DNA of 64,000 nt. Origin: a virus. How positions within the stretch are numbered: position 1 is the first letter of the stretch; every line of letters starts with the position of its first letter. The DNA is taken from positions 1 through 64,000 of IMG/VR virus record IMGVR_UViG_3300009104_000002. One strand, given 5' to 3'. Positions 61,373-64,000 of the stretch are shown here, piece by piece. The notes below the pieces were generated by a model, which was not told the origin of the DNA, did no database searches, and was given only the letters and a program-made list of their open reading frames with translations. A program made the translations under genes and the position numbers.

Positions 61373-64000
61373 GCTAAAATTCTAAAATTTCTTCGAAGGC
61401 TTCGAGTTGAGAAGCCCCATTTCTCATTATGCTCTAGCTTTGCCATATATGGCTTGTTAACGTGGATGCGATCATAGTCCTTCACACCCCAAACGCGGAT
61501 GCGAGTCAGAGTGTTGGTATCATCGATAACCTCAATAACCCAATATGTCTTACCGTTCTTCGTCTTCTTGGGAACAACCTTGCGCGGAATGAACCAAACA
61601 ACTTCACAAACCTCCGGATCGTATTTGGCAATGGGCGGAATAAATGCAGCGTTTAGCTGCTCATAAATCTCCGGTTTCATCACTCGGTTGAATGGGAACA
61701 CCCCAGTTAATTCAACAAGATATCCAATCTTCTCTTCGTCCGAGAAGTCACCTTCTGGTGCAAAGCTTTCAATGTTCTCTAAGAGATTCTTTTCTTTTCT
61801 CGGCCGATCAACACATATCGCAGACCAGAAGTGTTTGCCACCCGTGAAGCGATCGTCAATGAGTCCATTCAACGTTCCAGAGCGACACAGAACATCAAGA
61901 CTCTTCTTGTTGAGTTTCGAATAGGTTATATTCTCATTGAATAGAAAGTCCTCAACCTTATTAAATGGTCGGTTGGCTAAGATCTGATCGATCGCTGCGT
62001 CACCCAGTCCCTTGATTGAGGACAAGGGTTGGATCAAGGTTGTTCCATCCTCGGAAATCTCCCAGACGCGACCAGATGAGTTGACGTCCAAGCTCTTGAT
62101 TCCCATACCGAAAGACTTGGCCACATTGATAGCCTTCTCTTTGCGAGTCTCTGGTTCCTTGTCCAAGAACGCCGCGAGCCACTCGACCTGATAGTAATTC
62201 AGTAGCCAAGCACATTGGAAAGAGATGATGCAATATGAAACTGCGTGAGACTTATTGAAACCATAGCCAGAGAAGTATTCGAACTTCTCCCACAGCCTTT
62301 CGCCGGTGCGTTGCTGCAAGCCCTTCTCGGTGCAACCTTCAATAAACTTCTTGCGAAGTGTGTTCTTCACCTTCGCCTCCTTACCTGTTCCCTTCTTGGT
62401 CAAGACCTTGCGAAGCGCATTGCCCTCATCAAGAGAAATGTCCTTGCCAAGTCGGTGAGCCAATTCAGCAATTTGCTCCTGGAAGATGAGGAAGCCGAAG
62501 GTCTCCTCGGTCACTGAGCGGTGCTCGTCATTCATGAATGTGAGTCGTTGTGGATTCTGTTTGGCATCAACATAGTCGTTGTGGACGTTGGCGCCCAGAG
62601 GTCCGGGTCGATAGATGGAAGTGATAGCAGCGAGGTCAATCAGGTTTGTCGGCTTTGCAAGTCGGCAGAAGTTCTGCGCGCCAGCCTCTGTGAACTGAAA
62701 GACTCCAGCCCATTTACCTTTGTGAAAGATATTCTCATAAACTTTCTGGTCACTGAAATCCATCACGTCTGGGTGGAGATTCTTATCGTAGAAAGCTTTG
62801 ATATCCTCGAAGGTTGGGTTCTCGATGTTGTGATGACGGCGAAGGATATGGTAGATCGCGCCCTCGATCATTTTAAGAGTAGACAATCCAAGGACGTCAA
62901 ACTTAATAAATCCCATTGGCTCAAGGTGGCGGACATTCTGTCCCTCGGACCACGGAGTCTGGCGAACGCCGCCAGAGTTAATGAGGGGCATCCTGCTATT
63001 CAAATCTTCGCCGACAACGACGCCGCCAGCATGGCGGGAGCAAGAGCGAACCTGACCATACAGCGCCTCAACATGAGTCTTGACGTGCGGATAGCGAGCC
63101 AAGAACCTCTTCAATGTATCACTGAACTCCATTACCTCATCGAAGGTGGGAGCATAGATCCCCGACTTAATACCATGCTTAAGCTTGGCTGGACCCATTG
63201 CTTCATAGAGCATCACCGAAGTAACATCGTTGACCTCTCGAAACTCAATACCGTAGAACTTTGAAATATCCTTGATGAGACTTTTAAGTTGGAGTGTGTT
63301 CCAATTTGAAATGGGTGCAACCTTATCTGCTCCCCAGTCTTTGATAAGCATCTCCTTCAAGCCCATACTATCCGACACATCATAGTCAATGTCTGGGTAG
63401 TCGGTTGCGTCGGCGCGCATGAAGCGGGAGAACTGAAGGCCGTACTTAAGAGGATCAACCTGCGTAATATTCAAAGCATAGGCTACGAGCGAACCCGCAG
63501 CAGAACCACGGCCCGGTCCTGCCAGCATTACTTCATTGGCCTTCTGGCTAATCTGGTTCATAGTCAAGAAGTATTTGGAGAAGCCTCGGTCTGAAATAAC
63601 CCCAAGCTCCATTCGCAATCGCTCGGTGTACTCCTCATTCGTATGTAAACCAAGGCGCCGTAAGCCTTCTATGCAAAACTTCTCCAACGCTGAGTCTGCT
63701 GTCTCTCCAGCGGGAATAACAAAGTCGGGGAGTCGAACAGTATTATCCGGTAGAAAGTCAGCGATCCTTTTGTGGGCGATCGTATGTGTTCTTATGATGG
63801 ATCCCAGAACCAAGGCGTCGTCGTACTCGACGCCACATGATTCAGAGTATTTCTTATATGCTTCCCACATCTGATTCCCATTGCGAGGGTATAGTTCATA
63901 GCCAATCTCTTCTACGCCCTCGGGAAGCTCAGCGCTTTCGTATCCGGGGCGAGGCTTGCCCAGCCACCCCAACTTCTTATAGAGTTCTCGGTCCTTCCAA
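61369..64000 (-). CDS. dnaE: DNA polymerase III alpha subunit (family C), 5'-truncated by the window
   Basis: GRGSAAGSLVAY, YPDIDYD, RHAGGVV, KFDVLGL, GVFQF, YGFNKSHAVSY and LSSIKGLG; the frame stays open to base 64000. Confidence 0.97.
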   Translation of the reverse strand, partial: WKDRELYKKLGWLGKPRPGYESAELPEGVEEIGYELYPRNGNQMWEAYKKYSESCGVEYDDALVLGSIIRTHTIAHKRIADFLPDNTVRLPDFVIPAGETADSALEKFCIEGLRRLGLHTNEEYTERLRMELGVISDRGFSKYFLTMNQISQKANEVMLAGPGRGSAAGSLVAYALNITQVDPLKYGLQFSRFMRADATDYPDIDYDVSDSMGLKEMLIKDWGADKVAPISNWNTLQLKSLIKDISKFYGIEFREVNDVTSVMLYEAMGPAKLKHGIKSGIYAPTFDEVMEFSDTLKRFLARYPHVKTHVEALYGQVRSCSRHAGGVVVGEDLNSRMPLINSGGVRQTPWSEGQNVRHLEPMGFIKFDVLGLSTLKMIEGAIYHILRRHHNIENPTFEDIKAFYDKNLHPDVMDFSDQKVYENIFHKGKWAGVFQFTEAGAQNFCRLAKPTNLIDLAAITSIYRPGPLGANVHNDYVDAKQNPQRLTFMNDEHRSVTEETFGFLIFQEQIAELAHRLGKDISLDEGNALRKVLTKKGTGKEAKVKNTLRKKFIEGCTEKGLQQRTGERLWEKFEYFSGYGFNKSHAVSYCIISFQCAWLLNYYQVEWLAAFLDKEPETRKEKAINVAKSFGMGIKSLDVNSSGRVWEISEDGTTLIQPLSSIKGLGDAAIDQILANRPFNKVEDFLFNENITYSKLNKKSLDVLCRSGTLNGLIDDRFTGGKHFWSAICVDRPRKEKNLLENIESFAPEGDFSDEEKIGYLVELTGVFPFNRVMKPEIYEQLNAAFIPPIAKYDPEVCEVVWFIPRKVVPKKTKNGKTYWVIEVIDDTNTLTRIRVWGVKDYDRIHVNKPYMAKLEHNEKWGFSTRSLRRNFRILA

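Noticed and set aside
62000-63874. Plus-strand ORFs up to 247 aa, and similar ones opposite groEL, the AAA gene and the VWA gene
   Set aside because: They are antisense shadows of well-conserved minus-strand genes in GC-richer DNA, with no RBS or recognisable motifs.
61369-64000. Intein or intron in dnaE
   Set aside because: Conserved motifs follow at normal spacing, with no C/S...HN-C/S/T splice junctions or LAGLIDADG blocks in the visible part.
1-64000. Stop-codon reassignment as in some huge phages
   Set aside because: Known enzymes are full-length in the standard code, and TAA, TAG and TGA all terminate tightly packed genes.

Overview
The window looks like a segment of a large (jumbo/huge) dsDNA bacteriophage genome. 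Almost every gene is on the minus strand and densely packed in the standard genetic code. No capsid or terminase hallmark is in view, so the viral call rests on the gene mix and layout. There are three zones. (1) 1-27.7 kb is AT-rich and looks late-expressed. It holds LamG-like fibre proteins, many proteins with a shared N-terminal 'W/F..(F/Y)L.E' or 'KII.EE' leader, two tandem amidoligase-like paralogs, a di-iron ferritin-like protein, a gamma-glutamylcyclotransferase, a complete tmRNA (tag ANNNNHFQAVALAA) and an HNH gene flanked by 20-bp direct repeats. An ACTA(T/A)TTATA motif lies upstream of many of these genes. (2) A ~480-bp non-coding locus at 27.8-28.3 kb (G/C tract, 41-bp inverted repeat, GTCAA triplets) is followed by a visibly GC-richer early-type region at 28.3-42.1 kb. 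That region is punctuated by ten copies of a 55-bp promoter cassette with three TTGAC boxes at fixed 11- and 15-bp spacing. It is filled with about 15 small SH3/KOW-like proteins, a MoxR-type AAA+/VWA pair and a twin zinc-knuckle protein. (3) 42-64 kb carries a nucleotidyltransferase, a lipoprotein cluster, GroEL, ClpP, an L,D-transpeptidase-like hydrolase, GuaB, dUTPase, an Smr protein, PurA and a DnaE truncated by the window edge. It also carries a coupled PvuII-like endonuclease / ParB-like / beta-class methyltransferase trio. The best candidates for an undescribed system are the triple-box promoter array with its promoter-less copies at the origin/terminus-like locus, the PvuII-like R-M-ParB trio, the leader-tagged enzyme cargo (including the amidoligase/GGCT module) and the tmRNA+Smr+ClpP ribosome-rescue set. 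All family assignments are by motif recognition, not database search.
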